Virus record (IMG/VR): IMGVR_UViG_3300045988_053841
Direction: 5' to 3' (one strand)
Length of the DNA: 41,047 nt
From: a virus
Part shown: piece by piece, positions 6,514-15,357 of the stretch
Layout of the letters: the number at the start of each line of letters is the position of its first letter
How positions within the stretch are numbered: position 1 is the first letter of the stretch
Made by a program: the position numbers and the translations under genes
The notes under the pieces: model-generated
Seen by the model: the letters and a program-made list of their open reading frames with translations, nothing else
What the model was told of the DNA's origin: nothing
Database searches by the model: none

Positions 6514-8292
6514 ATGATGGACGAAAAGGAGAGGGCCTCCGCGCTGGAGCGACTGGCCCCGAAGCCCACAGCGCAGGAGATGGAGGAGGTCAACGGACTG
6601 TTCCGGCACTTCCTGTTCAAGCGCTGCGGCAAGGGCGAGATATGGACTACCTGCTGCCGGCGGCATACCTTCATCAAGCCGGACACGGACAACGCAGACG
6701 AGCTGAGAGCGCTGCACGCGCCCCACACGCCAGAGCCCCGGAACGGCTGGGACCACTCGCCCACGGTGAAAAGGCGCTGCAGGTGCCCTTACTGCGGCGC
6801 AGAGGTCACGGTGAAGGAGCTGCGGTACTCCGGCGGGCGGGCCAACCTGTGGAGCTTCCGGCGGGCGGTCATCCTGCGGCAGTGGCGGGGCGCCCTGTGG
6901 GCCACGGCGTGGGACTGTGACAAGAACTACAGCCGCGTCGGCATGAACGGTGAGCCGGTGCTGACGGAGCTGCCGGAGATGAAGCTGCTGGGCGTGTACC
7001 GCTTTACGCCGGGCGTGGCGGAGCAGGCCACGCGGCCATGGTGGTGCAGCGGCGGCACACCCATGAGCTACCGGCGCCAGACCGCGCCCGGCAAGAGCAA
7101 CGGACGCAAGGGCGGGATGTGGCAGATCCATTCGCCCTACACCTACTGCGCCGAACTGGGCAGCAGCTATGACGTGATCGGGCTGACGGAGCTGGACAAG
7201 GGCTTTATGCGCTGGTGCGGTATCGGAAAGATACACTTGCCATCGGACGATTTTATCGAACTGCTGACGGCGTGCTGCTTTTATCCCAGGCAGATCGAAA
7301 TGCTGGTGAAGCTGGGGCTGGAGGACGCGGTGAAGGACCTTGTTGGACGCGGCGTGAGGAACGCCGACATCATCACGTGGGACGCGGACAAGCCCAGGAA
7401 CTTTATGAAATGCACGCCCAAGGAGGCGATGGCGGCGTGTTCTTCGATGGAGCCGACGCGGGTGCTGCGGCTGTATATCCGGCACAGGGACACGCCGCTG
7501 AAAATGACCATAGAAACCGCGGCGTGGCTCGCTGAGGCCACCATCGGCCGCGGCGAGGAGAACTACGCCGTGCGCCTGCTGAAGCGGCTTGGCATCACGG
7601 CGGAGAAGCTGACGGCCTATCTGGAAAAGAACCGGGTAGCGCTGCAGGAAGGCGGCAGGCCCGGCTCCGGCACCCGGAGAGGGGTGCTGCAGCTATACAA
7701 GGACTATCTGGACGCGGCGGAGAACTGCGGGATGGACATGGAAAACCCCCTGATCCTCATGCCGCGGGACCTTGTGGAAAAGCATGACCGGGTGACAGCG
7801 GCGTGGAGCGCCATACAGCGCCAGTACCGGAAGGCGGAGGACACAGCGGCGCAGAAAGCCGCCGCGGAGGCCTACAGGAAGCGGCTGCGCGCCCTGTCTG
7901 AAAAGTATCTATTCTGGACGGATGATTTCCTTATCCGCGCACCGGTCAACGCCGATGAGATCGTGGACGAGGGCAAGGCGCTGAAGCACTGCGTAGGCGG
8001 CTACGCTGCCCGGCACATGACGGGGGCGACAACCATCCTGTTCCTGCGCCGGCGGGACAGGCCCCACACGCCGCTGGCGACCATCGAGATGAACGGCAAC
8101 ACAGTCGTGCAGGTACACGGCTACCGGAACGAGCTGGAGGGCTGCGCCGACAACCCGAACCGGGAGAGCGCCAGAAAGCTGTACGCCGGGGTGCTGGAGC
8201 CCTGGCTGAAATGGCTGAAGGCCGGAAGCAAACGAGATGAGGACGGCAGGCCGAAGCTGCCGAAAAAGAGAGCGAGGAGGAACGCGGCATGA
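6514..8292 (+). CDS. PcfJ-like protein
   Basis: C-terminal KALKHCVGGYAARHMTGATTILFLRRRDRPHTPLATIEMNGNTVVQVHGYRN matches the PcfJ-like domain signature. There is an N-terminal Cys cluster. The start is taken at ATG 6514. Confidence 0.65.
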   Translation: MMDEKERASALERLAPKPTAQEMEEVNGLFRHFLFKRCGKGEIWTTCCRRHTFIKPDTDNADELRALHAPHTPEPRNGWDHSPTVKRRCRCPYCGAEVTVKELRYSGGRANLWSFRRAVILRQWRGALWATAWDCDKNYSRVGMNGEPVLTELPEMKLLGVYRFTPGVAEQATRPWWCSGGTPMSYRRQTAPGKSNGRKGGMWQIHSPYTYCAELGSSYDVIGLTELDKGFMRWCGIGKIHLPSDDFIELLTACCFYPRQIEMLVKLGLEDAVKDLVGRGVRNADIITWDADKPRNFMKCTPKEAMAACSSMEPTRVLRLYIRHRDTPLKMTIETAAWLAEATIGRGEENYAVRLLKRLGITAEKLTAYLEKNRVALQEGGRPGSGTRRGVLQLYKDYLDAAENCGMDMENPLILMPRDLVEKHDRVTAAWSAIQRQYRKAEDTAAQKAAAEAYRKRLRALSEKYLFWTDDFLIRAPVNADEIVDEGKALKHCVGGYAARHMTGATTILFLRRRDRPHTPLATIEMNGNTVVQVHGYRNELEGCADNPNRESARKLYAGVLEPWLKWLKAGSKRDEDGRPKLPKKRARRNAA

Positions 8293-9314
8293 GTATGTAT
8301 GACATGGTAGACACCACGCCGGAGGGGTATTCTGAGGGCGAGGAACTGAGCAAGATGTTCAGCGAGGATGATATGAGCGAGGCCTTTGAGGAGCGCGACA
8401 TCGACGTCATCACGGAGGAGATCAACTTCTACAAGCAGCAGGCCGGCATGGCCATTCTGGAGATCGGCAAGCGGCTGGTGGAGGCCAAGGCTCAACTCTC
8501 CCACGGGGAGTGGCTGCCGTGGCTGGAGAAAAAGGTGGAGTTCTCCGAGCGCAGCGCGCAGCAGTATATCCGGCTGTGGAAAGAGTACGGCAAATCCGCA
8601 ACCGTTGCGGATTTGGGCGTGCGGAAAGCCTTGGTATTGCTGGCTTTGCCGGACACGGAGCGCGACAGCTTCGCCGGCGAAAAGCATGAGGTGAACGGCG
8701 AGGAGAAGACCGCGGCGGAGATGACGGTGAAGGAGCTGGAAAAGGCCGTAGCAGAGCGCAACACCGCCCGCCAGGAGGCGGAACAAGCCAAGGCGGACCT
8801 GTACGCCGCCCGCGAAGCCGCCAGGGAGGCGCGGGATCATGTGGAAGCCCTGCGGGAAGAGCTGGAGGCACTGAAGAACCGGCCCACGGAGGTGGCCATT
8901 GAGCAGAGGGACGCCACGGAGGAACAGCTGGCCGCCGCCCGGCAGGAGGCCGAGGCAGCAGCTGCCAGGCGGGTGGCGGAGCTGGAAAAGGCACTGGAGC
9001 AGGCCCGCGGCGCTGCCGCGGCGGCCGAGGACAGGAAGGAGACCGCCGAGGCAGCGCTTCAGGATGCCGAACGTGAACGCGACAGCGCGCTGGATGCCGC
9101 CAAGGGCTACAAAGCCGAGGCGGAGGCCGCCCACAAGCTGGCTGCTGCCGCCAGCAACGAGGGCATGACCAAGTTCAAGGTGGTGTTCGATCAGACGGTG
9201 GAAAACGTGAACACGCTGGCCGCGCTGCTGCAGGCGCTGCCGGACAGTCAGCAGGAGAAGCTGCGGCGGGCACTGCTGGCACTGGCTGACCAGGTGCGGA
9301 AGGTGGGCGCGTGA
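8289..9314 (+). CDS. DUF3102-like protein with a long coiled-coil
   Basis: ATGA start/stop overlap with the previous gene. GKRLVEAKAQLSHGEWLPWLEKKVEFSERSAQQYIRLW is the DUF3102 signature. It is followed by an A/E/R-rich coiled coil. Confidence 0.6.
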   Translation: MSMYDMVDTTPEGYSEGEELSKMFSEDDMSEAFEERDIDVITEEINFYKQQAGMAILEIGKRLVEAKAQLSHGEWLPWLEKKVEFSERSAQQYIRLWKEYGKSATVADLGVRKALVLLALPDTERDSFAGEKHEVNGEEKTAAEMTVKELEKAVAERNTARQEAEQAKADLYAAREAAREARDHVEALREELEALKNRPTEVAIEQRDATEEQLAAARQEAEAAAARRVAELEKALEQARGAAAAAEDRKETAEAALQDAERERDSALDAAKGYKAEAEAAHKLAAAASNEGMTKFKVVFDQTVENVNTLAALLQALPDSQQEKLRRALLALADQVRKVGA

Positions 9315-9315
9315 T

Positions 9316-9525
9316 ATGGCGGAACACTGCGGAAGCTGCGTGTGGCGCTCCGGCCGGGCCGGATACAAATGCGACTACGCCGGCAAGACGGACCATACGC
9401 GAAAGGCGGAGTCTCCGGACGGCTGTACCTACTACCTGCGGGGCGACATCGTAACGGACGACCGGACAGCCCAGCGGCTGTATCGCAAGGTCATGGCAAA
9501 GAGAAATGCGGCGGGGCTGGCTTGA
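9316..9525 (+). CDS. Hypothetical Cys-rich protein (69 aa)
   Basis: ATG at 9316, directly after the previous stop codon. CGSC...C...C pattern. Confidence 0.5.
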   Translation: MAEHCGSCVWRSGRAGYKCDYAGKTDHTRKAESPDGCTYYLRGDIVTDDRTAQRLYRKVMAKRNAAGLA

Positions 9526-9601
9526 GCCGCCCCGCACCGCCCTCTTTTGAAAGCGGCTGCCCGATGACCGGGCGGCGGCTTTGAGGAGAGGAGGCGAGGG
9601 T

Positions 9602-11293
9602 GTGAACCTGCGGAACCCGAAGGAATACTGCGAAAACCTCTTGTGGATACGCACAAAAAAACAGACGATGGCGCGCCTGCGCTTCAACGACGCGCAGAAC
9701 AACCTGTACGGCGTCATCCGCCGGCAGGCGGCACAGGGGAAGCCCGTCCGTCTAATCGTCCTCAAAGGACGGCAGGAGGGTATCTCCACGGTGACGGAGG
9801 GGCTAATGTTCCAGGACACGGTGACGCGCCCCAACGTAAAGACGCTGATCGTGGCCCACGAAAATACGGCCACGGCCAACCTGTTCAAGATGAACAAGCT
9901 GTTCTACGACAGCCTTCCGCCCGGCGCGCAGCCTATGCGGAAGAACTCCAACGCCAAGGAGCTGGTGTTCGAGAACCCCACCAAGGACGAGAAGGAGAAG
10001 CGCCGCCGGCCGGGCCTGCGGAGCTCTATCCGCTGCCAGACGGCGGGCAAGGGCGGCGTGGGCCGAAGCGACACGCTGACCAATGTACATATCTCCGAGT
10101 ACGCCTTCTGGCCCAAGAACAAGGACGAGCTGCTGCTGGGCATCATGCAGGCGGTGCCGGATGAGCCGGACACGATGGTGGTCATCGAGTCCACCGCCAA
10201 CGGCTACGACCACTTCAAAACCCTATGGGACGACGCGGTGGCAGGCGTCAACGCATGGACGCCGGTATTTCTGCCGTGGTATCTGGAGCCGGGGTACCGG
10301 AAAAGCGTGCCGGCGGGCACCGTGTGGAGCGACGAGGAGGAAAAGCTGCGGCAGGACTTCGGGTTGGACGACGAGCAGCTCATGTGGCGGCGCTGGTGCA
10401 TCAAGGCCAACTGCGGCAACGACGCGGCCATGTTCCGGCAGGAGTATCCCAACACGCCGGACGAGGCGTTCTTGCTGAGTGGCGAGGGCTACTTCGACAA
10501 CGCGGCGCTGGGCCGCCAGCGGATGCACGCACCGGCGCCTGTGTCCGTGGGCTGGTTCGTATTCGACGAGCCAGCGGAGCCAGGGGCAGCGCCCCGGAAC
10601 TGGCGGTACGAGCCCGGAGAGACCGGGGCGGTGCGTATCTGGCAGACGCCGGAGAAGGGCGCGCCCTATGTGCTGGGCGGCGACACGGCCGGAGAGGGCA
10701 GCGACCGCTTCACGGCCTTCGTGTTGGACAACCGCACCGGGGCGCAGGTAGCGGAGCTGCAGATGCCACTGTCCGAGATACAGTATGCCCGACAGATCTA
10801 CTGCCTGGGCCGATACTACAACGATGCGCTGGCGGCGGTGGAGGTCAACTTCTCCACCTACCCAGAGAACAAGCTGGAGGAATGGCACTACCCGAAGCTC
10901 TACCAGCGGGAGCGCTTCGACACCTTTAAGAATGTGATGGTCAAGTCTCAAGGATGGGTGACGTCCCCTAAGACGCGGCCTCAGATGCTGGCTACGCTGC
11001 ACACGGTGATGGACGAGGAGCCGGGGCTGGTGGTGTCGGCGTGGACACTGGGGGAGATGATCACCTTCGTGTACGACGAGAACCGCAAGCCGCAGGCGGC
11101 GGCGGGAGAACACGACGACCTGGTGATGGCGGCGGCCATCGCCCACACGGCCCGCACCCAGCAGAGGTACACCTCAGAGGCCGGCGGCGCGGACCGGCGG
11201 CACTGGACAAAGGATATGTGGGAGGACTGGCGCCGGGCGGATCCGGCGGCGCGGAAACGGTTGGAAGCGGAGTGGAAACTTTCCGAAAAATAA
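9602..11293 (+). CDS. terL: Terminase large subunit
   Basis: GTG at 9602 lies 8 nt after AGGAGG (TTG 9581 and ATG 9668 are alternative starts). Walker-A-like VLKGRQEGIST, Walker-B-like LTNVHISEYAF, ESTANG, and C-terminal nuclease-type GEHDDLVMAAAIA. Confidence 0.85.
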   Translation: MNLRNPKEYCENLLWIRTKKQTMARLRFNDAQNNLYGVIRRQAAQGKPVRLIVLKGRQEGISTVTEGLMFQDTVTRPNVKTLIVAHENTATANLFKMNKLFYDSLPPGAQPMRKNSNAKELVFENPTKDEKEKRRRPGLRSSIRCQTAGKGGVGRSDTLTNVHISEYAFWPKNKDELLLGIMQAVPDEPDTMVVIESTANGYDHFKTLWDDAVAGVNAWTPVFLPWYLEPGYRKSVPAGTVWSDEEEKLRQDFGLDDEQLMWRRWCIKANCGNDAAMFRQEYPNTPDEAFLLSGEGYFDNAALGRQRMHAPAPVSVGWFVFDEPAEPGAAPRNWRYEPGETGAVRIWQTPEKGAPYVLGGDTAGEGSDRFTAFVLDNRTGAQVAELQMPLSEIQYARQIYCLGRYYNDALAAVEVNFSTYPENKLEEWHYPKLYQRERFDTFKNVMVKSQGWVTSPKTRPQMLATLHTVMDEEPGLVVSAWTLGEMITFVYDENRKPQAAAGEHDDLVMAAAIAHTARTQQRYTSEAGGADRRHWTKDMWEDWRRADPAARKRLEAEWKLSEK

Positions 11294-11313
11294 AAACAGG
11301 AGGAATGTGCGAC

Positions 11314-11478
11314 ATGGATTTTTTCAGTATCGTATGCGGCGCGGCGTCGCTGCTGTGGCTGGCGGCCGGTGCGCTGGCGGTGGAGGACCGCTGGCGGCAG
11401 CGGCGTCTGACCCAAAAGAGCGAGGAGGCGCTGGACAGGCTGCTGGAGGAGGTGTTCGACGATGAGCAAGACGACTGA
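11314..11478 (+). CDS. Small membrane protein (54 aa)
   Basis: ATG at 11314 lies 10 nt after AGGAGG. Hydrophobic N-terminus FFSIVCGAASLLWLAAGALAV. Confidence 0.5.
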   Translation: MDFFSIVCGAASLLWLAAGALAVEDRWRQRRLTQKSEEALDRLLEEVFDDEQDD

Positions 11479-11851
11479 GCTGGTGGAAAGGCTGCGGGAG
11501 CTGCCGCGAGACACGCGAAAAGCCACCGTGGAGATCTACGACCTGTGCATCGAGGCGTCGTATGAGATCGAGGGGCTGACGGACCGGTGCGCCCGGTACG
11601 CCGAGGAGATCGCGGTGCTGCAGGAAAAGCAGAAGTGGGTGGACGCCGGGGCGCGTCAGCCGGAGTACGGCGCGTCGGTGCTGGCGGTGGCCAGCGGCAA
11701 GGCGGAAAACATCACCCTGTGCGACGCGGTTGTATTAGCCACGTTCTGGGATGGCTGGGAGCTGGACGACTACCCGCAGGCGGAGGACGTGGCCGTGAAG
11801 TGGTGGATGCCCACGGTGGAGAGCCCGGAGGGCACAGAGCATGACGGATAA
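11462..11851 (+). CDS. Hypothetical protein (129 aa)
   Basis: ATG at 11462 is preceded by GGAGGAGGTG. Codon usage is consistent with neighbours. Confidence 0.55.
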   Translation: MSKTTELVERLRELPRDTRKATVEIYDLCIEASYEIEGLTDRCARYAEEIAVLQEKQKWVDAGARQPEYGASVLAVASGKAENITLCDAVVLATFWDGWELDDYPQAEDVAVKWWMPTVESPEGTEHDG

Positions 11852-12038
11852 GGAATTGATCGCCAGCTTGAAGCGGCTGAAGGTGCAGACCGGGAGCCTC
11901 GCCTGCCTGGGCTGCGGGCGGGAGCATAACTGCGGGATCCATGGCTGCGCCATTCTGCGGGAGGCCGTCGCCTTTGTGGAAAAGAAGCTGGCGGAGGACA
12001 GGGGCCGCAGCGTGATGGCGTATCGGGATGGGAACTAA
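11841..12038 (+). CDS. Hypothetical protein (65 aa)
   Basis: ATG at 11841 is preceded by GGAGGG. Cys/His cluster CLGCGREHNCGIHGC. Confidence 0.5.
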   Translation: MTDKELIASLKRLKVQTGSLACLGCGREHNCGIHGCAILREAVAFVEKKLAEDRGRSVMAYRDGN

Positions 12039-12297
12039 GGTGAACCCGCGGCGGGTGCCGCGGACGCAGAAGGACGTGGATGCCGCCTATGACCGGGGCA
12101 TCACGGAGGGCCTGCACCGGGGCATTGAGCTGATGCTCTACGTCCTGATCGACAAGCACGCCGCGCCCATGGACGACGTGCAGCAGCTGGCCCGGGAGCT
12201 AAACCACGCCGCCGGGTGCGTGGCCGAGGGCTACGTCACCTGGGCGGACATCCGGCGGATGCTGAAGGAATACGAGGTGGAGGTGGTGCTGGAATGA
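12028..12297 (+). CDS. Hypothetical protein (89 aa)
   Basis: ORF in an operon context. The RBS is weak, and GTG at 12040 is an alternative start. Confidence 0.45.
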   Translation: MGTKVNPRRVPRTQKDVDAAYDRGITEGLHRGIELMLYVLIDKHAAPMDDVQQLARELNHAAGCVAEGYVTWADIRRMLKEYEVEVVLE

Positions 12298-12572
12298 AGA
12301 AGTACCGCGAGGAGCTGTACAGGAAGACGGTGTATTGTCCGACGTGCCGGGGCGTGACGCCACAGGGCTGCCCGCGCTGCGGCGGGGTGGGACTGGTGGT
12401 AGTGCCGGCCACAAGAGGCGACGTCCTCCGGCGGATGTCGGACAGGGAGCTGGCGGTGCAGCTGTTCGACTTCCGCTTTGACGGCTACGCCAAGGCGCAG
12501 GGCGCGGAGACCGTCCTGCCGGACACGATACATAGCATAGAAAACTGGCTGAAGGAGGAGATGGACGAATGA
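12294..12572 (+). CDS. Hypothetical zinc-ribbon protein (92 aa)
   Basis: ATGA overlap with the previous stop codon. Contains CPTCRG...CPRCGG. Confidence 0.5.
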   Translation: MKKYREELYRKTVYCPTCRGVTPQGCPRCGGVGLVVVPATRGDVLRRMSDRELAVQLFDFRFDGYAKAQGAETVLPDTIHSIENWLKEEMDE

Positions 12573-13249
12573 AAACCGAAGGAGGGGGGGCGGTGAGACA
12601 CCTGCAGATGTCGGAGAGCGAGATCGTGAGCAGCTACCGCACGGCCCGCGATCCTAAGCGGCAGATCGGCATACTGGCGGAGCTGAACGCGGTGACACCG
12701 CGGGAGATCCGGGAGGTGCTGGAGGAAGCCGGGGCACTGATGCTGAAGCCACGGAGCCACGGCGGCGGGCGGCCCCTCAGCTTCGACGCCGCGGCAGCGC
12801 GGCAGATGTTTGAGGCAGGCCTCACCGACGAGGAGATGGCCCGGAAGCTGGGCGTGCCGGAGAAGCGCCTCGCCGAATGGCGGCGCCGGCAGGGGCTCAT
12901 GCGGCCGAAGTACAACAGGGCCCGCGCAGCGGCGGAGACAGAAAAAACAACGGTTCCGGCGGCTGTGCCGGAGCAGAAGGAGGAAACTATGGCGGTGATG
13001 ACAAAGAGTGCCTCCGCACCAGCGGAGAAGGCCGAAAAGGTGGTGACGGTGGAGACACTGTTCGACCTGCTGCGGGGCGCGGTGGATGCCGGGTACGGCG
13101 AGGCCCCTGTGACGGTGGAGCGCTGCCGCTTCACGGAGATGCGCCTGCGTGTGGAGCTGCTGATGACCGGCGGACTGCGCGTAGGCGGCGAGCCGGTAGC
13201 GGTGGAGCTGGAAGGCGTGCCGGAAACCCCGGCGGGGAAGGAGGGCTAA
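12569..13249 (+). CDS. Hypothetical protein with two HTH-like segments
   Basis: ATGA overlap with the previous stop codon. Segments KRQIGILAELNAVTPREIREVLEEAG and LTDEEMARKLGVPEKRLAEWRRRQG look like DNA-binding HTH units. Confidence 0.5.
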   Translation: MKTEGGGAVRHLQMSESEIVSSYRTARDPKRQIGILAELNAVTPREIREVLEEAGALMLKPRSHGGGRPLSFDAAAARQMFEAGLTDEEMARKLGVPEKRLAEWRRRQGLMRPKYNRARAAAETEKTTVPAAVPEQKEETMAVMTKSASAPAEKAEKVVTVETLFDLLRGAVDAGYGEAPVTVERCRFTEMRLRVELLMTGGLRVGGEPVAVELEGVPETPAGKEG

Positions 13250-13252
13250 ACC

Positions 13253-13570
13253 ATGGCGGACGTGAATGTGGCGCTGCTGGTCAGCCAGACGGTGACCGAG
13301 GCCCAGAGCCAGAGCCGGATCAAGATGGGCCGGGACTATGCCAGCTTTTACGAGGCGTGGGCGGTCCTGCGGCAACGGATCGAGGAGACCAAGCGGGACG
13401 CCAAGGCGCTGGAGAAGCTGCACAGCGAGCTGTGGGACGCCATCAAGGACGGCAACGAGGACGAGGCCCTTATTGAGATGGGCGCCATCAACGCCAGCGC
13501 CGCGGCGCTGTGCGCGGCCTTCGCGGGCATGGCGGCAGAGGCCCAGCGGGCGGTGGAGGAACAGACGTAA
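13253..13570 (+). CDS. Hypothetical helical protein (105 aa)
   Basis: ATG at 13253 is preceded by GGAAGGAGGG. Confidence 0.5.
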   Translation: MADVNVALLVSQTVTEAQSQSRIKMGRDYASFYEAWAVLRQRIEETKRDAKALEKLHSELWDAIKDGNEDEALIEMGAINASAAALCAAFAGMAAEAQRAVEEQT

Positions 13571-13580
13571 ACGAGAAAAA

Positions 13581-13604
13581 GCCCAGCCCCGGAAGGGGCT
13601 GGGC
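13581..13604 (-). terminator. Rho-independent terminator of the minus-strand cassette
   Basis: Perfect 10-bp stem GCCCAGCCCC / GGGGCTGGGC with a GGAA loop. On the minus strand it is followed by TTTTTCTC. Confidence 0.7.
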
Positions 13605-13645
13605 AATGGCATACGATCGATGCGAGGCGGGGCGCGGAGCTGTGG

Positions 13646-14290
13646 CTAATCGCCAACCTTCGTAACTCGCCAGCCGTGCCATGCATAATGCCGATGTGCT
13701 GCGTCGTAAAGGGCCTTCGCGGCGCGCTTGATTTCGCGCTCGTCGTCCTCGATACCCAGCAGCTCCGGGTTGTCGCGGACGAATTTTGACAGATTGCGGA
13801 TCGTCCACGACCTGTCGCCGCGCTCCAGTACAAACTCCTTGGCGCGGATATTTGTCTCAAACGCCCCGGTCAGCGGAGACGTTTTGAGCGCGGCCACTCG
13901 CGCATCCGGCGACTGCTGTGCCTCCGCCTGGACGCACCCGCATGAGGTCGTGTGACCGCGTCTGAGATTGCCGGTCGTCGCGGCAGTCTCGTTCCCGCAG
14001 GCGCAGTGACATAACCACCGCGTTTGGTGGCTGCTGCCACCATAGGAAAGACGCCGCAGCACGGTCAACCTGCCGAATGTTTGGCCTATCAGCGATGACC
14101 GCCTTTTTTCTGCGCCGGGATGTCCGCAGGACGTGCTGACGCCTTGACGCAGGTTACTCGCCGACACGATCCTTTCTTTCCCACAGGAGCAGCGGCAGAG
14201 CCAACGGGAGCGACCGATCGTGTCACTCTCTGCTCGCTCCAGCACAGTCCAATGACCAAAGGTTTGGCCTGTCAAGTCGCAGCTTCTCAC
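13646..14290 (-). CDS. Protein with two LTGQxFGxLTV...SCG zinc-module repeats and a NUMOD-like C-terminus (homing-endonuclease-related, no nuclease motif seen)
   Basis: GTG at 14290 overlaps the upstream stop codon (GTGA). Repeats are DLTGQTFGHWTVL..WLCRCSCG..STSCGH and LIGQTFGRLTVL..WLCHCACG..TTSCGC. The C-terminus ends ...HYAWHGWRV. The track ORF extension to 14599 overlaps the upstream gene. Confidence 0.55.
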   Translation of the reverse strand: MRSCDLTGQTFGHWTVLERAESDTIGRSRWLCRCSCGKERIVSASNLRQGVSTSCGHPGAEKRRSSLIGQTFGRLTVLRRLSYGGSSHQTRWLCHCACGNETAATTGNLRRGHTTSCGCVQAEAQQSPDARVAALKTSPLTGAFETNIRAKEFVLERGDRSWTIRNLSKFVRDNPELLGIEDDEREIKRAAKALYDAAHRHYAWHGWRVTKVGD

Positions 14291-14625
14291 GGCCTCACGT
14301 ACACCCCCACCGCCTCCGCCAGCAGAAGACGGACATAGTCCGCGCACTGGCGGTCGCCGCTCTCCCAGTTCTCCACCGTCCGGCGGGGGATGCAGTATCG
14401 GACGGCAAAGGCGGCCTGAGACAAGCCGGTATGGGCGCGGATGTCGCGGATGGTCAGGTGGGCCGCGTCCCACAGATGGCCCAGCTCCTCGACGCGGTCC
14501 GCCGGGACGTCCGCCTCCGGGGCGTCGCCCCAGGCGGAAGAAAGTGCCCAGTCGGAAACGTAGGTGTCGCGGTCGGCGCAGTCCAAGGCGGCAGTCCACA
14601 GGGTGTTAAACAGTTTATCAGTCAT
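14287..14625 (-). CDS. HTH protein (C-terminal XRE/antitoxin-like HTH)
   Basis: ATG at 14625 is preceded by AGGAGG. Contains LTIRDIRAHTGLSQAAFAVRYCIPRRTVENWESGDR. Confidence 0.6.
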   Translation of the reverse strand: MTDKLFNTLWTAALDCADRDTYVSDWALSSAWGDAPEADVPADRVEELGHLWDAAHLTIRDIRAHTGLSQAAFAVRYCIPRRTVENWESGDRQCADYVRLLLAEAVGVYVRP

Positions 14626-14657
14626 GGGCGGTCTCCTCCTCTAAATACGTTCTTGGT

Positions 14658-14936
14658 TTAGATCAACGCCGCCAGCGCATCGCGCTGGGCTACGGCGATC
14701 TCTACGCGCTCGGCGATTTCGTTCATGGTGGCCGGCTCACAGAAGTTCCCGACGTTGACACATTCGGGGCGGTCGCTCAGGTCGATCCAACTATTGTGAC
14801 CGACAAACTCGTGGGTGGAGAGCTCCCCGGTAGCCGTGTCGTAAATCATCTGCACGGACATTTTGCCGCAGCGACCAGTCAGGCCCTTGGTCGCGGACGC
14901 TGCCTTCTTGAGGCCCTTGATGTTGATGGTAGTCAT
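14658..14936 (-). CDS. Hypothetical protein (92 aa), first gene of the minus-strand cassette
   Basis: ATG at 14936 is preceded by GGGAGGAAAAT. A consensus promoter lies about 50 nt upstream. Confidence 0.6.
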   Translation of the reverse strand: MTTINIKGLKKAASATKGLTGRCGKMSVQMIYDTATGELSTHEFVGHNSWIDLSDRPECVNVGNFCEPATMNEIAERVEIAVAQRDALAALI

Positions 14937-14986
14937 ATTTTCCTCCCTGCCGCGGTAGCGGCGATCTATATTTAACTCACAAGCAG

Positions 14987-15015
14987 ATTATACCACTCGT
15001 TGGGTGGTATGTCAA
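14987..15015 (-). promoter_or_regulatory. Perfect consensus sigma-A promoter for the minus-strand cassette
   Basis: On the minus strand: TTGACA (15010-15015), exactly 17 nt, TATAAT (14987-14992). Confidence 0.75.
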
Positions 15016-15151
15016 GCGAAAACCGAGAAAATGTGAATTATTTGGGCTTTGATATAGCCGCCCTGGCGGGCTGAAGGACTGCGCTCATGCGTGGTGTACT
15101 GACGTAGGCAGGTCGGGGCGGCGATATGAGTGTCTGACTACCTTATACATA

Positions 15152-15169
15152 ATACGCGCGGGCGCGTAT
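15152..15169. other. Palindrome ATACGCG-cggg-CGCGTAT in a 340-bp non-coding region (candidate origin or nick-site hairpin)
   Basis: 7-bp arms at 15152-15158 and 15163-15169. It lies upstream of the HUH Rep-like gene. Confidence 0.3.
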
Positions 15170-15357
15170 CTGTGGGCTCGTTAAAAGCCTATGTTTGGCG
15201 GGAAGGCCGCTTGCAGCGGAGGAACGGCACCGCGTGACGGCTCCTCCGTGGACGGCTGGCAGGCGGCTTTACCGGCGGGCGGAGAAATGAACAGGCGGCT
15301 CGTGCGGGCACGGGCACGACCTATGCTATTTTATCGCGGGAGAGGGAGGGCCATACC

